A stretch of 64,000 bases of DNA, taken from Carcharhinus longimanus (taxonomy: Eukaryota). Shown piece by piece: positions 34,560-46,350 of the stretch; position 1 is the first letter of the stretch, and each line of letters starts with the position of its first letter. Position numbers and translations under genes: made by a program. The stretch is taken from assembly GCA_030264375.1 (NCBI GenBank), contig JASCQW010000166.1, positions 15,344,512 to 15,408,511 on the forward strand, written 5' to 3'. The notes below the pieces were generated by a model that was given only the letters and a program-made list of their open reading frames with translations, made no database searches and had not been told where the DNA came from.

Positions 34560-34850
34560 TGATTACGGTCTAAGTTGATAGTGACCCAGGGCCTACAGTT
34601 GGCCCGGAATGAGAAAGGTAAGAAAAAAGCTGAATTGGCCTCCCTGATCTTGATTGCCCCGTTATGACCCCTGTTAGAAATTGCATGAGTGGATGTTGGA
34701 TGGAGGCTGGATTGGGCTTGCCTACATGGTCTCCTCTGGTAGAATGACCATTGGACTCTCAGAGGAGGCTCACACATCAATTCATTGGACAATGACTGGT
34801 TATTCAGGGATCAGTGTCATTAGCTTTGCAGAGAGGACAGGAGATTTATG
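34560..34850 (+). mobile_element. LF-SINE-like relic
   Basis: Collinear motifs gggcctacagttggcc, tgacccctgttagaaattgcatgagtggatgttggatggaggctggattgggcttg and aggctcacacat resemble the recalled LF-SINE consensus. Confidence 0.55.
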
Positions 34851-35832
34851 GTTCAAACATATTTTTGGAACTGAAGTGATGAGCTCATTATGGTAGGTGT
34901 TAAATTGAGTTGAATACTATTTCGTCCATCACGGTATCATCTGTGGGGCGATACAATACTGGGACAAATGCGGTGCTGTCCCCTCCCACACTTGTGACTA
35001 TGCTGAGACATGGTTCAGCAAGAGACTGGTTGCCCACAAATAACTTACACATGTGATTATTCTTCATGTATTAATTGTATTGCAAGTGCCCACAGGCTGT
35101 TAAATTTTATGAAGGATCAAGGTCAATCCCAATCATCATCTTGCCTCACATGCACATAGCTGCTGGAATTTCCAGAAGCATAGAGATCCACAGTACCAAA
35201 CCTGGGTCGGAATGTTGAATGCTCTCATTTTCACTGCTGTGTTTACTTGCTGCCTTTCGTAACTTAAATCACCAGCAATTCCTTGCCAAATTTTGATTGC
35301 TTATGCATTTGTCAGTTTGACTTACCTTTGGTGAGACTGGGCTGAAGGGATTGAAGTTTATTTTTGAGATTTCAGTTTGGACAGACTTCCTGACAAATAC
35401 CAAATTCAAATAACCTTCTGTGAGCCAGTACACACAAATGTGCAAATCAACATAAGTGAAGTTGAAATATAGCATTTTCCCTTTAAACAAGATCTTTGTG
35501 GAGCTTAAGCATGTATTTTCTTTTATTAAAGAGGTACTGTCTGAATGAAAACATGTTTAGAAGTCTGTCACATTGGGAGAAGAAGCACTTTAGGATCATT
35601 GATCGTATCATCATGTGCATGTGACACACTGAGTCATCCTAACTAAATTCTCACCAGAAGATGGATATGACAGACTTTTTCCATTTGTTCAAAAATATTT
35701 AGTCCTTAGGTCCACAGTATAACTTCATCATATTTTAAAACAAATTATTTTTCTAAGTGACTTTAAACTTAGCATATGATTTATATTCTGTTCTACATCT
35801 GACCTTAGTTCAGAGGATGTGAACTACTATTC

Positions 35833-36090
35833 TTGTGGCTTTTTAGAACGGAGTTGAGGAGGAACTTCTTCACTCAAAGGGTGGTGAATCTATGGAATTC
35901 TCTGCCCGTTGAGGTGGTNNNNNNNNNNNNNNNNNNNNNNNNNNNNNNNNNNNNNNNNNNNNNNNNNNNNNNNNNNNNNNNNNNNNNNNNNNNNNNNNNN
36001 NNNNNNNNNNNNNNNNNNATGGCGGGGCAGGCTCGAAGGGCCAGATGGCCTACTCCTGCTCCTATTTCTTATGTTCTTATGTTCTTATGT
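35833..36090 (+). mobile_element. Young CR1 3' end (spans a gap), (ttcttatg)n tail
   Basis: FRTELRRNFFTQRVVNLWNSLPVEV; gaagggccagatggcctactcctgctcctatttcttatgttcttatgttcttatg. Confidence 0.9.
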
Positions 36091-36092
36091 TC

Positions 36093-36398
36093 TTTAAAGT
36101 TTATTTATTAGTGCCACAAGTAGGTTTACATTCACGCTGCAATGAAGTTATTGTGAAAATCCCTGAGTTACTGCACTCCGGTGCCTGTTCGGGTGCACGG
36201 AGGGAGAATTTAGTTAGCATGGCCAATGCACCTAATCAGCACATCTTTTGGACTGTGGGAGAAAACCGGAGCACCTGGAGGAAACCCACAAAGACACGGG
36301 GAAGAACGTGCAGATACCCCACAGACAGTGACCCAAGCCAGGTATTGAGCCCAGATTCCTGGTGCTGTGAGGCAGCAGTGCTAACCACTGTGCCACCA
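36093..36398 (-). mobile_element. V-SINE with alternative tail B, full length
   Basis: Antisense tRNA head (ctgtgaggcagcagtgctaaccactgtgccacc) + V domain + non-CR1 tail (tttaaagtttatttattagtgccacaagtagg...tgcaatgaagttattgtgaaaatccc). Confidence 0.9.
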
Positions 36399-38951
36399 TA
36401 ACAACTTTAAAACAATCAGCAGGAGGAGAGGCTGGGCAGATGTTATTGACCTTTCTTGTTTGAGGAAGTTCTGGTTTCATCAGTGGAGGCTACTCATTAA
36501 TCGTGGGTAATTGAGGAATTATATCCTTTCACCTTGTAACGGCCATTTACCCCTCTTCTCTCAAGGCTCTTCCTGTTAAGAATTTTCAGAAATGGTCTGA
36601 AATTAAAAATCAGGGTTACAGTTGGTCAGCGTAAATAAATTTACTCTGCGTTTCTTATAGTTTTGCTGGTGTCCAGTTGAGTTGTTGAGAATCAGTCTGT
36701 GACAAAGCAGTGCTTCCTGAGCTGCTTTAGCTGGAAGTGTGTTGAGAATTTAATGTTCACCAGAACTCAGCTCATATTCCTGACTGAGCCTTTGGGGATG
36801 GTGTGGATACAGCTTGTATCAAACCCATATATTGAAGGATACTAGTTGCAGAGCTATGGTGGGTGTAACTGTGATTCAGTGCCTTGGGTTGCTGGTTACA
36901 TGCCAAAGAAGTCCTTGGCAGAGGAAAGACTTGGGGCCCCTGATTTGTAGACAGGCACCTGCTTTTAGTTAAGGATGGGATCTTACTTCGTGATTTTTAA
37001 TTGACTCGGAGTGAGTTCATTATGAGATTAGTGTCTTTGTAGTTGACCAGCATAATTATTTGGACCAAAAACGATGAATTGTTGAAATGCTTTCAATAAA
37101 AGCTGTCTCTCAACATCACGTATCACTTTATTTTCTTTAAATTGCTTGTTTTAAGATTGTTTAATTTGTCTGTTCTTTTCTCTTACCCTGTATTATTTCT
37201 TGCTGCCTGTTAGACAGAATAGGGTGTCTTGGTCCCAGGTTTCTCCTAAAGCTGGTTTCTTCCCAGATGCAAGGAGATGCTGAGAGCCAACAAGGTGACT
37301 TGGCAACCCTTTTGAAGTTTATGATGAAGCCCAGGCTTCAGCGTCATCTCTCAGATGGGTAGGCTGAGACTGAGAGCTTACTGTGTGCGAAATTGTAGGC
37401 CTTGTCATGCGCTGTAAGGGTTTGATGCGAAGTGCCTTCCACTCAGGTGTGGCAGTGAGGTTCTGCATATAGATTTACATAGGGTGAGCTGAAAATGCCA
37501 TACAAAGCATCAGCACTGCTAGATGGAAATTGAGAATAGAAAGTAAATCAAGTGTGTATACTTATTTTTTCAGGAGTGATCATGATAGTTTTGTTCTTAT
37601 TGTCATGTGCAGTATGCTGTATAATACAGATCAGTATAATCATTTAATTTTAAGGCTTTTACGTGTTTTGGCTCAAATTTCTTTGGCAGTACATTGTAGC
37701 TAAAGCATTTCAATCTAGAAATTCAATGAAGTATAAATCCCACATGAAATACCGGTTATTCACCTCATTTTATTTAAGTTTATGCTGTATTATAATAATA
37801 TAGTCAGCCACCTGCCAAAATGGCATGCAAAATAGAGTTCTCACTGGGTTTTCATTAAATTAACAGGTATATAAAATGTTCCCACAGTTATATTGTGGAG
37901 TCTTATTTGACTAGGATGTCAATCGACTATAACTATTGTGAATTTTTTGTGATGTAATGCCCATACAATGTAAATGGTAGATTTTGTCTTTGCAAACGGA
38001 GTTTAGCGAATATGCTTCGATCATTGTTGGGGAAAGTAATTTATCCTTTTGTAGACTCCTGGCAGGTAATTGCCAGTTCATAAAACAGAGGGAAAAGTGG
38101 ATTTGTGCAGATGCTGGTATGTTTTACAATGTTTCCTTCATTTGCCCAGAGTTGTCACCCTGGGAGAATGTCACCTGTGCCATGAGCTTCATTTATACAG
38201 ATCGCCAAAGTTTCTGAAGTATAATTATAAAATGCGCAAGATCAATTTTTTTCTGTAACTTAAAAGTGTAACATAACTCTGACAATATTTTAGAGCTTAA
38301 AATATCATCTGCACCCAGATGCGATCCTCTTGTGTTGAAGAATGGAAAATTGACATGTGGATGGGTTATGATTGGAGTCTTTGACCAAATTGCGTGTAAA
38401 GGCTTAACAGTTCAGGTAAATTTGAAAGTTAGGATCCAGATATCTACATTTCACTGCCTGTTGATATTCTAAAACAAGAAACTGATGGAGCACTGATCTT
38501 TTCCTGCTTGGTGGTTGCTTGTGGATTTGATGTACAGTATATCATATCAGTAATTACAAAGCACGTTGAAGGAACCAGGAGCAGTGTAGAGAATTGTTTA
38601 CACATGGATCTTTTCAGCATTTGCAGCTTTGAAAAAAATTCTGAATTTCTGATTGTGTTAATTGAAGTTTTAGAATCCTGCTTGACCAAGTATGACCATG
38701 AGTGAAGCTCAAAAGAGCTAAGACGTAGATTGCGATTACTGTACTGTTAATTTAAATTTTAATCAACTATGACTTCTTTGCCAGAAGTTACAGACACTGT
38801 GAAGTTAAAATGAATAACACCCACAGATTGGAATTGATAGTCATGTTATTGCTGCAAGTTGATCGGAGCAAAGTCTAGCCAAGGTTCAGGAAATGACACT
38901 CACAATGTACCTATGTTAGCTGTCGTACAAAACACAGGCAATGTGTTAAAA

Positions 38952-39033
38952 GGCTGCAGTACACTGAGGTGTTTAAATGGCTGCAGTACACTGAGGTGTT
39001 TAAATGGCTGCAGTACACTGAGGTGTTTAAATG
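38952..39033. repeat. Perfect 27-bp tandem repeat x3 (ggctgcagtacactgaggtgtttaaat)
   Basis: Units at 38952, 38979 and 39006; appears as GCSTLRCLN x3 in the ORF track. Confidence 0.95.
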
Positions 39034-40187
39034 ACGTCAGAAATTGCAAAGTTTGTGTTCAGCAGTGTCAACTCAACCCCAGAATATGTTTCCTGAAAAC
39101 TTAGTGTAGCTTCTATATTGCAATACAGTGTCTGTCTGGAGGTGGAGCTTTGTGAGTAATCTTATTCTGTTTATCATGTTTTTATTTCATGTTGATAGCA
39201 GAATGCCAGATAGGAATGCAATGATATTTTGAATGAAGGTACCAAAATGCCACAGGAAAACTCACACTTGACCACTGTATCTTTGTGCCACCAGACCCTT
39301 CCCACACCCAGTGACAGACCAGCAACCATCAAACCCAGTTGTTCAAATCCAAATAACTGGATAGAACCCAGTTTAAAAGGAAGGAATATAATGCCAGATC
39401 CGTTATAATTTGTTCCTGTACAAAAACACCGTGCGCCCACTTGGTTCAAATCCGAGTGAGAGGACTGCATTCTAGCAGAAATACTTGCCTGCCCAGTGTG
39501 AATTTATGGCTGGGTGCATGTCTGGACACCTGACTTCAAATGTATAGAACTTTTAAAGAATTATAGATATATCCATTGATCATTGTGGTGTCATTTGAGT
39601 TGTGATGATTTCCAGTTCTGATTCCCAAGCTGAACAATTGGTGAGAACGTGGTGCTGGAATATTCTAACTTGACACGCTTATATTTAAATTATAACTGGA
39701 TCCGGGATTCTGTGCTAACAGAAACTGCTTTCTGCTTCTCGACTGAATGGCTTGCTGTCTGTGCTTTTGAAACTGGATGGCACTTTGACTTATGGTCGAA
39801 GATGGTAAAGGTATTCAGGACTTCTGAGTGAGTCCTTGTACAATTTCATTTGGTTATTGTTGTCTGTTAGAAATGAGAAGAAACTCCTGGTAAATTTCAG
39901 AAGTACAGTGGGTAACCAGAATAGAAAAGTTGGTTGAAATGATGAGCAGATTGGATGTTTACGTTACTGGACATGATTAATACCATCGCTAGTTCTGTGA
40001 TGTCCACCCAAGTGTGTACTTATATATAAAAGAAAGGAGTGCATATAGCTTATCTTTATTGACCTGCATTTTATACACTAGGATTGGTGATGTAACATTG
40101 AAAAGTCTGGCTGGTCATTGATCAAGTCCACATTTTAAGTCAGTGATGAGCGACTACTTTGCTGACTTCCCGAACTTGAATAATACT

Positions 40188-41060
40188 TGTTCACCAGTTA
40201 AGGAAAAAACAAGAGCACGTTTATTTACAGGTAAAGGCCATGCAGAGGCCTCTTGTGGTTGCCTGAGCTCCCGAGATGATTCTGGAACAGAAACCCCTGC
40301 TTGCTGGGGTGAACCCCAGATCTGGTCCCTAACTGGTTTACTCAGACCCCAATAATAGAACATTTTAATGAAGTCTTTCAGCTGGTTTCCGATTCCTAGT
40401 GGGGCGATGTATCTCCTCTGTCTGGGGTACTTCCCACTGAAGTGCTGTCAACAGAAACCACAACTACAGGTGTCTTTTCAAGCACAGACGTCTCAGTATC
40501 ACGTGTTTGCATGGGGATGTCACCTGTGCCTGCAACAGGGCGACCCTGGTATTTGAATGCTTGGGTAGTCGACAACATTCCCAGATAGCAACATAGCTCC
40601 TGATGGCAGTACTGGTTGCTGGGGAAACTTGTGCTCTTTCAGTGGTCGGTGTTTCTAGATGATCTTTCCTCCTTTTGACCACTTGATAAGACAGCGGCCC
40701 AGCTTCGGATATGACTCAAGGGACCCAACTCAACCCACTTATAAAATTCCTCAGATACTCGCTTCATCCACTGAAAACGACCGTGGTTGACATGAATCCG
40801 GGTTTGTCTTCTGGCTGCTTTGGCTGGCCTTTGCCCTCCCTGGCAAATTTTGATCACGAGGCTCAGTCTCAGTCTGATGTTATGGTTCATTAACAACTCT
40901 GCTGGTGAGACTCCTATTGTTGTGTGTGAAGTGGTACTCGAGCCCAGAAGGAATCTTAATTTTCTGCTCTCCGAGTCCTTCCGCACTGCTTCTTCAGCCA
41001 GAAAAGATTTGAATAGCTTGTTCAGTGAGTCTCATGCACTACCAGATGTTGGGCATGTTT
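40188..41060 (-). mobile_element. Gypsy/Ty3 LTR retrotransposon remnant (integrase C-terminus, pol end, probable 3' LTR about 40188-40362)
   Basis: KLRFLLGSSTTSHTTIGVSPAELLMNHNIRLRLSL, GPLSH and VKRRKDHL motifs; pol end HRPTRNRKPAERL*; adjacent tgtt...aaca segment with an antisense aataaa. Confidence 0.75.
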
Positions 41061-41786
41061 AGAGATGGTGAACTGGTTGTCATCAGTGTTCATGTGGATA
41101 CTGACTCTGTGTTTTGAATGATGTTGCTCAGGGGCAGCTTGTAGCAGAGAAATAGGTGGATCCAAGGAAAAATTCTTGGGCATCAGAGGTAGTTGTATGG
41201 AAGTGAGAGAAGAAACCATTACAGGTGATTCTCTGGCTGAGACTGGATAGATAAGAATGGAACCAGTCATGTGCAGATCCATTCAGTCAAATGGTGGTGG
41301 AGAGGTTTTGGAGCAGAACTCTAAAAGGCTGCAAACAGCCTGAGAAGGGTATGGAAGGATGCTTTTATACTGTTATAGTCAACTCGAAATATATAACTTT
41401 GGTAAGAATTCGCTATGATGGTGGTGGAAACCTGACCAGACAGATTCATTCATGAAATTTGACGTGGATTTAGAGAGTCAGGGGAGGTTGTAGCTGAGGG
41501 TGGGAGTTTTTCAGGATGGAGGGGTCACAAGTTGCTCTTTTGAGGAAAGGGCTGATGATAGAAGATTTGGAGAGAGAGACAATGTTTGAGGGAAAAAAAA
41601 CTGTTATCATTGACTAACATGGAAGCCAGGAACATAAGTTAGGTTGTCAGCAGTTTAATTAAAAAAAGGATCAAGAAAATAGGAGGTGGATCTCGTGGAT
41701 AAGACAAGCACAGTATGGACATGAGAAAAAAATAGCAAAAGATGTGAATTCAGATCAAGGCCAGGGGTAACCATGTCGAGGAATTT

Positions 41787-42390
41787 GTGGCACAGTGGTA
41801 AGCACTGCTGCCTCACAGCACCAGGGACCCAGATTCAATTTCCAGCTTGGGTGACTGTCTGCACGTTCACCCTGTGTCTGCGTGGGTTTCCTCTGGGTGC
41901 TCCCATTTCCTTCCACAGTCCATAGATGTGCGGGTTAGGTGGATTGGCCATGCTAAATTGACCCAAATGTAAAGGGGATTAGCAGGGTAAATGAAGTTTA
42001 TTCATTAGTCACAAGTACGTTCACACTGCAATGACATTGCAATGAAAAACCCCGAGTTGCCACACTCTGGCGCCTGTTCAGGTACACTAAGGGAGAATTT
42101 AGCATGGCCAATGCACCTAACCACATTTATTTGGGCTGTGGGAGAAATTGGAGCACCCGGAGGAAACCCACGCAGATGCGGGGAGAAATGTGCAAACTCC
42201 ACACAGACAATGACCTAAGCTGGGAATTGAACCTGGGTCCCTGGTGCTGTGAGGCAGCAGTGCGAACCACTGTGCCACCGTGCTGCCCCACATGAGGCGT
42301 TGTGGGAATAGGGCCTGGGTGGGATTGTGGTCAGTGCAAACTCAATGGGTTGAATGGCCTGTTTCTGCACTGTAGAGATTGTGTGAATTT
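41787..42390 (+). mobile_element. HE1-type V-SINE interrupted by an antisense tail-B V-SINE
   Basis: Head and V domain at 41787-41992; tail resumes 42291-42390 (atagggcctgggtgggattgtggtcagtgcaaactcaatggg). Confidence 0.9.
41994..42289 (-). mobile_element. V-SINE with tail B, full length, nested
   Basis: aagtttattcattagtcacaagta...gcgcctgttcaggtacactaagggagaatttagcatggccaatgcacctaacc...accactgtgccaccgtgctgcccc. Confidence 0.9.
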
Positions 42391-44099
42391 AGGCCTGGTG
42401 AGCAAGGGAGAGGGAAGCAGCAGAAACAACTGAGCAGATGGCCTCAATTTTTGCAAGAAAAATGCCCCTCACACTTATTGGCTGTGGAAATGTCAGAGTT
42501 GTAGTTTGTGGTGAAGTGAAGAAGCTAGGGATGTGATCTTGGAATAATGGGTAGTTTTAGCAATGGAGAACAGGACCCATTAATTACTCAAATGATCCAA
42601 CCAGACCTGATAGTGGATTGCCAGATTTAGTTCTCCATCAAGGTCTTCAAATCTGCACCCTTTAGACTTAAGGGAGTGTGAGAGGTGTACCAGGGAGTAA
42701 GAAAAGTGAAAGGTGGTGCCTGTCCCAATATGCTGATGGGTTTCCTACATAATTATCCTGTTTAAATAATATTGCAGTATGCAAATAATTTGCTTTTTAT
42801 TATAGCGCAGGAGATAGTCGTCTATTCTCGAGCATTCTCATCCATTGAATAGTGGAATGGTAATCTGACCAGAAAACACTGGCAGAAGCGCAAATGGGAG
42901 AAGTGGGCTTCATCTTGTGTGTTAGCTACTGGATTTGGGGCACCAGGATGAAGTTCCTGTCTGCAGTCAGTTGCATCAACAAATTCTATTTGGCCCTCTC
43001 AATTATGTGAAACATCGATTAACAGCATGTCTTGTCAAGGATGCAAAATGGCCCTCAGGCAGGAACATGTTACATAAAGTTCCATTCTCCTCAACACAAC
43101 ACACCACAGTAATCTGCAGATTGTGACTTTTTATCAGGTAGATCTTAAAACTGCAATGATCTTTGGTACCCTGTTTATGAAAAAAAAATTCTGAATCAAG
43201 CTGGCTTGATATATTATCAATGCTAAACTTTAGAAAACTCGTTACAAATATTGCACCTGACTGGTACACTGGGAATTAGGAACATCATAGATTTATTGTT
43301 CAAAATAATTCCAAGGTAGAAAAAGTTTGGAGTTTACTATGTTAATATTGAGCCCAATGAAATATAACAAAAGGTCGGCTCGTTGGGAGAGTTACTGTGG
43401 TTTACAAGTTTTTTCCTCCCTCTCATACGCCCATGTGTTTTTGCATTGATGAGCCATAATTGATGTGTAATGCTGAAAGATGTGGCTAATTATTCCTGGT
43501 AATCAGGAACATGTCCTTCTATTAACCTTTATGCTGCTGAACAGACTTGAACTGTGGTTTGCACCAACGGGGCCAAGCACGTTCCACGTATAAACATTCT
43601 ATGTCATGGAAAGTTATACTACTAATGACATAATGTTCAAGACTCCCGATAGTTTTTCTGGGGGCTGTGAGGAATTTTGAGAAACTGGAGTTTCTCTCAG
43701 AGGTACAATGGAGGAAAAAGAACTTTGAATGCTGTCTGATGGAGGAAGTACTTCATTTCTCAAGGTGATGAATTATCGCCATCTTAAATCTGCAAGGATA
43801 GAGATCAGTTCCGGTGTGTTGTTACATCACTGGTAAGATGGTAGTTTGGGTGGTTGATCATGGGGATTTTTGCTAATTTGACATGTAGGGAGCAGAGGCT
43901 AATATCTCCCTGTTGAGAGGAAAGGGAAATCAACAGGCGAGCCATTCCGTTGTACGAGAAAAAAAATCCCAAGTCATTGGATCAAGGTTGGTAATGGCTG
44001 ACAGTCAGGGATGTTGCTTTTCTGATCATTTCCAGCTGTACAACTGTGGCGAACTTTAACTCTGCTACTTGTGATTTATAATTACCATTTTGTTTAACA

Positions 44100-44335
44100 G
44101 TTTACTGCCCATCCTCTCTTGAAGGGATCCCTGGGATTCAATCCAATTGCCAACTTCTGGTGACCGCCCAAGGGTATAGAAATTGAGTGCCAGCTGGCTA
44201 TTTAACAAGGGAGGACATCACATTTGATTCAGCTTCCACCTAGCAGAAGTTGTGATCAGGACTAATAACCTTGCTGATTCCTCAATTCACAGCTAACTTG
44301 GGAATCAATCTGAGGCTTTTGGTGTGTATGGTGAA
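44100..44335 (-). mobile_element. LF-SINE-like relic
   Basis: ctggctatttaacaagggaggacatcaca, gtgatcaggactaataaccttgctgatt and cagctaact...gggaatcaa are collinear with the recalled antisense LF-SINE. Confidence 0.5.
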
Positions 44336-44509
44336 ACCTTTATCCTCTGGTCTTGATTGTAATTTATGAGAAGCTATGCTAATGTTCTGACAACCCATGT
44401 GGGCCATTCATCGGTACCCATACTGCTTCTTGGACTCTGGGACATAAGTGGTCTGAGATTTTCCCCAAGTAACCCTGTCATAGTCATAACTGCAGTTTGG
44501 TATTAAAAT

Positions 44510-46030
44510 TCACTTTTACGGGATGAAGGCATTGTTGGATAGGCCAGTATTTATTGTCCATCTCTAGTTGCCCTTTAAGAGGTGGTGGTGAGCTGGCTTC
44601 TTGAACCACTGCAGCCCTTTGAGGTATAGGTATACCCACATGCTGTTAGGGAGACTCCAGTATTTTGATCTGCGACCGTGAAAGAACTGGGATATATTTC
44701 CAAGTCAGGATGGTGAGTGACTTCAAAGGGAACCCTAAGGTGATGGTGGTGTCCCTGGCACCTGCTGCTTTTGTTCTTCGAGATGGTAGTGGTCATGGGT
44801 TTGAAAGGTTCTGCCTAAGGAGTCTTGATGAGTTGCTGCAGTGCATCTTGTAGTTGGTAGACACTGCTGCCACTGTTAGTGGTGGTGGTGAGGGGTTGGG
44901 GGGTCCTCAAGAGGTTGGGGGCTCCTCAGGAGGTGAGTTACCACTGCAGGTTTCCTAGCTTTTGACCTTCTCTGGTAGGCCCAGTTTTATATGGCTAGTC
45001 CAGTTCAGTTTCTGGTCAATGGTAATGCCCAGGATGTTGGCAGTGGGGGATTCAGTGATGCTAATGCCATTGACTGTCAGCTGCTAATGGTTAGGTCCTC
45101 TCTTGTTTTTGATGGTCATTGCCTAGCACTTGTATGACGTTAATGTTACTTTCCACTTGTCAGCGCAAGCCTAGATATTGTCCAGGTCTTGCTGCGTTTG
45201 GACCCAAGCTGATGGTGCAGTCATCTGCAAACATCCGCAGCTCTTGGTCTTATGATGGAGGTAAAAATCATTGATGAATCAGCTGAAGATAGTTGGGCCG
45301 CAGACACTAATCCTGAAGAATTCCTGTAGAGATGACCTGGAGCTGAGATAATTAACCTCCAACTGCCAAAGCCATCTTCCTTTATGCCAGGTATGACTCC
45401 AGCGAGTGGACCGTTTACTTCCTGATTCCCATTGATTCCAGTTTTGCCAGAGCTGCTTGATGCCACACTCTAGTCAAATGCTGCCTTATTGTCAAGGGCT
45501 GTCACTCTCATCTCTGGCATTCACCTCTTTTGTCCACGTTTGAAACAAGGCTGTAATGAGGGCAGGAGCTGAGNNNNNNNNNNNNNNNNNNNNNNNNNNN
45601 NNNNNNNNNNNNNNNNNNNNNNNNNNNNNNNNNNNNNNNNNNNNNNNNNNNNNNNNNNNNNNNNNNNNNNNNNACCACGGCTGATTATCTCTTCTCCTAC
45701 GTTCCTTCTTTCCCATTGGAATATATTTCTGCTGAGCACCGAAAAAGATCTCCTTAAAGATCCTCGACTGTTCCTCAGCAGTCCTACCGACCAATCTGCG
45801 CCCCCAATCTACATTTGCCAATTCCTGTCTCATCTTATCGTACTCCCCTCTGTTCAAACAGAGGGGAGTACGATGTTTCTTGTGTACAGAACATTGCAAG
45901 GCAATTTCCCACATTGCTGGGTCGAAACCAGTGTTGTAGCTACACTGGAACAGCTTGGCTGAGAGTGCACCAAGTCTTCAGGATGATTGCTGGAACATTG
46001 TCAAGGCCCTTTGCTTTGTTTATCATAAGT
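44510..46030 (-). mobile_element. Second CR1-group LINE family (DIKAAFDRVWHQ type), RT to 3' end, decayed
   Basis: Minus strand gacaataaggcagcatttgactagagtgtggcatcaag, cagcaagacctggacaatatctaggcttg, ILGITIDQKLNW; 3'UTR ggttcaagaagccagctcaccaccacctct. Confidence 0.85.
45674..45874 (-). mobile_element. Young vertebrate-type CR1 fragment nested in the above (3' part lost in the gap)
   Basis: LCLNRGEYDKMRQELANVDWGRRLVGRTAEEQSRIFKEIFFGAQQKYIP...NQPW, open frame, CpGs retained. Confidence 0.85.
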
Positions 46031-46164
46031 AAACTGGAAGGAATAAGATTGTCAAACCAGGCCTTGAATCAATGAAAGAATTGAGGAGTATCTATGGTAT
46101 ATAAGTGGAAACCAGTCCCTCGTTTGTAGGGATGTTGCGAATGCGCACAACATGATTTTTTTAG

Positions 46165-46350
46165 TGTGGGAAGTGAGTGTTGCTGGCTAGGCCAACGTTA
46201 TTGTCCATCCTAAGTAGTCCTTGAGAAGCTGGTGGTGAGCCGCTGCCTTGAACTGCTGCAGTCTCTATGGTATAGGTACACCTACAGTGCTGTTAGGGAG
46301 AGATTTTGACAGTGAAGGAATGGTGCTTATAGTCGCAAGTCAGGAATGTG
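46165..46350 (-). mobile_element. 3' tail of the second CR1-group family
   Basis: ccttgagaagctggtggtgagccgctgccttgaactgctgcagtc...aggtacacctacagtgctgttagggag. Confidence 0.8.

Larger units (their letters stand above)
41061..42700 (-). mobile_element. L2 LINE RT region, decayed, hosting nested SINEs
   Basis: Minus strand: DWFHSYLSSLSQRITCNGF and cacatgaacactgatgacaaccag (HMYADD-like); continues after 42390. Confidence 0.65.

Noticed and set aside
38600-38650. ICSF peptide as possible KAT6A next exon
   Set aside because: Context LFSICSFEKN lacks PIP and CLG; chance match
38952-39033. CRISPR-like repeat array
   Set aside because: Head-to-tail repeats with no spacers, in eukaryotic intron context
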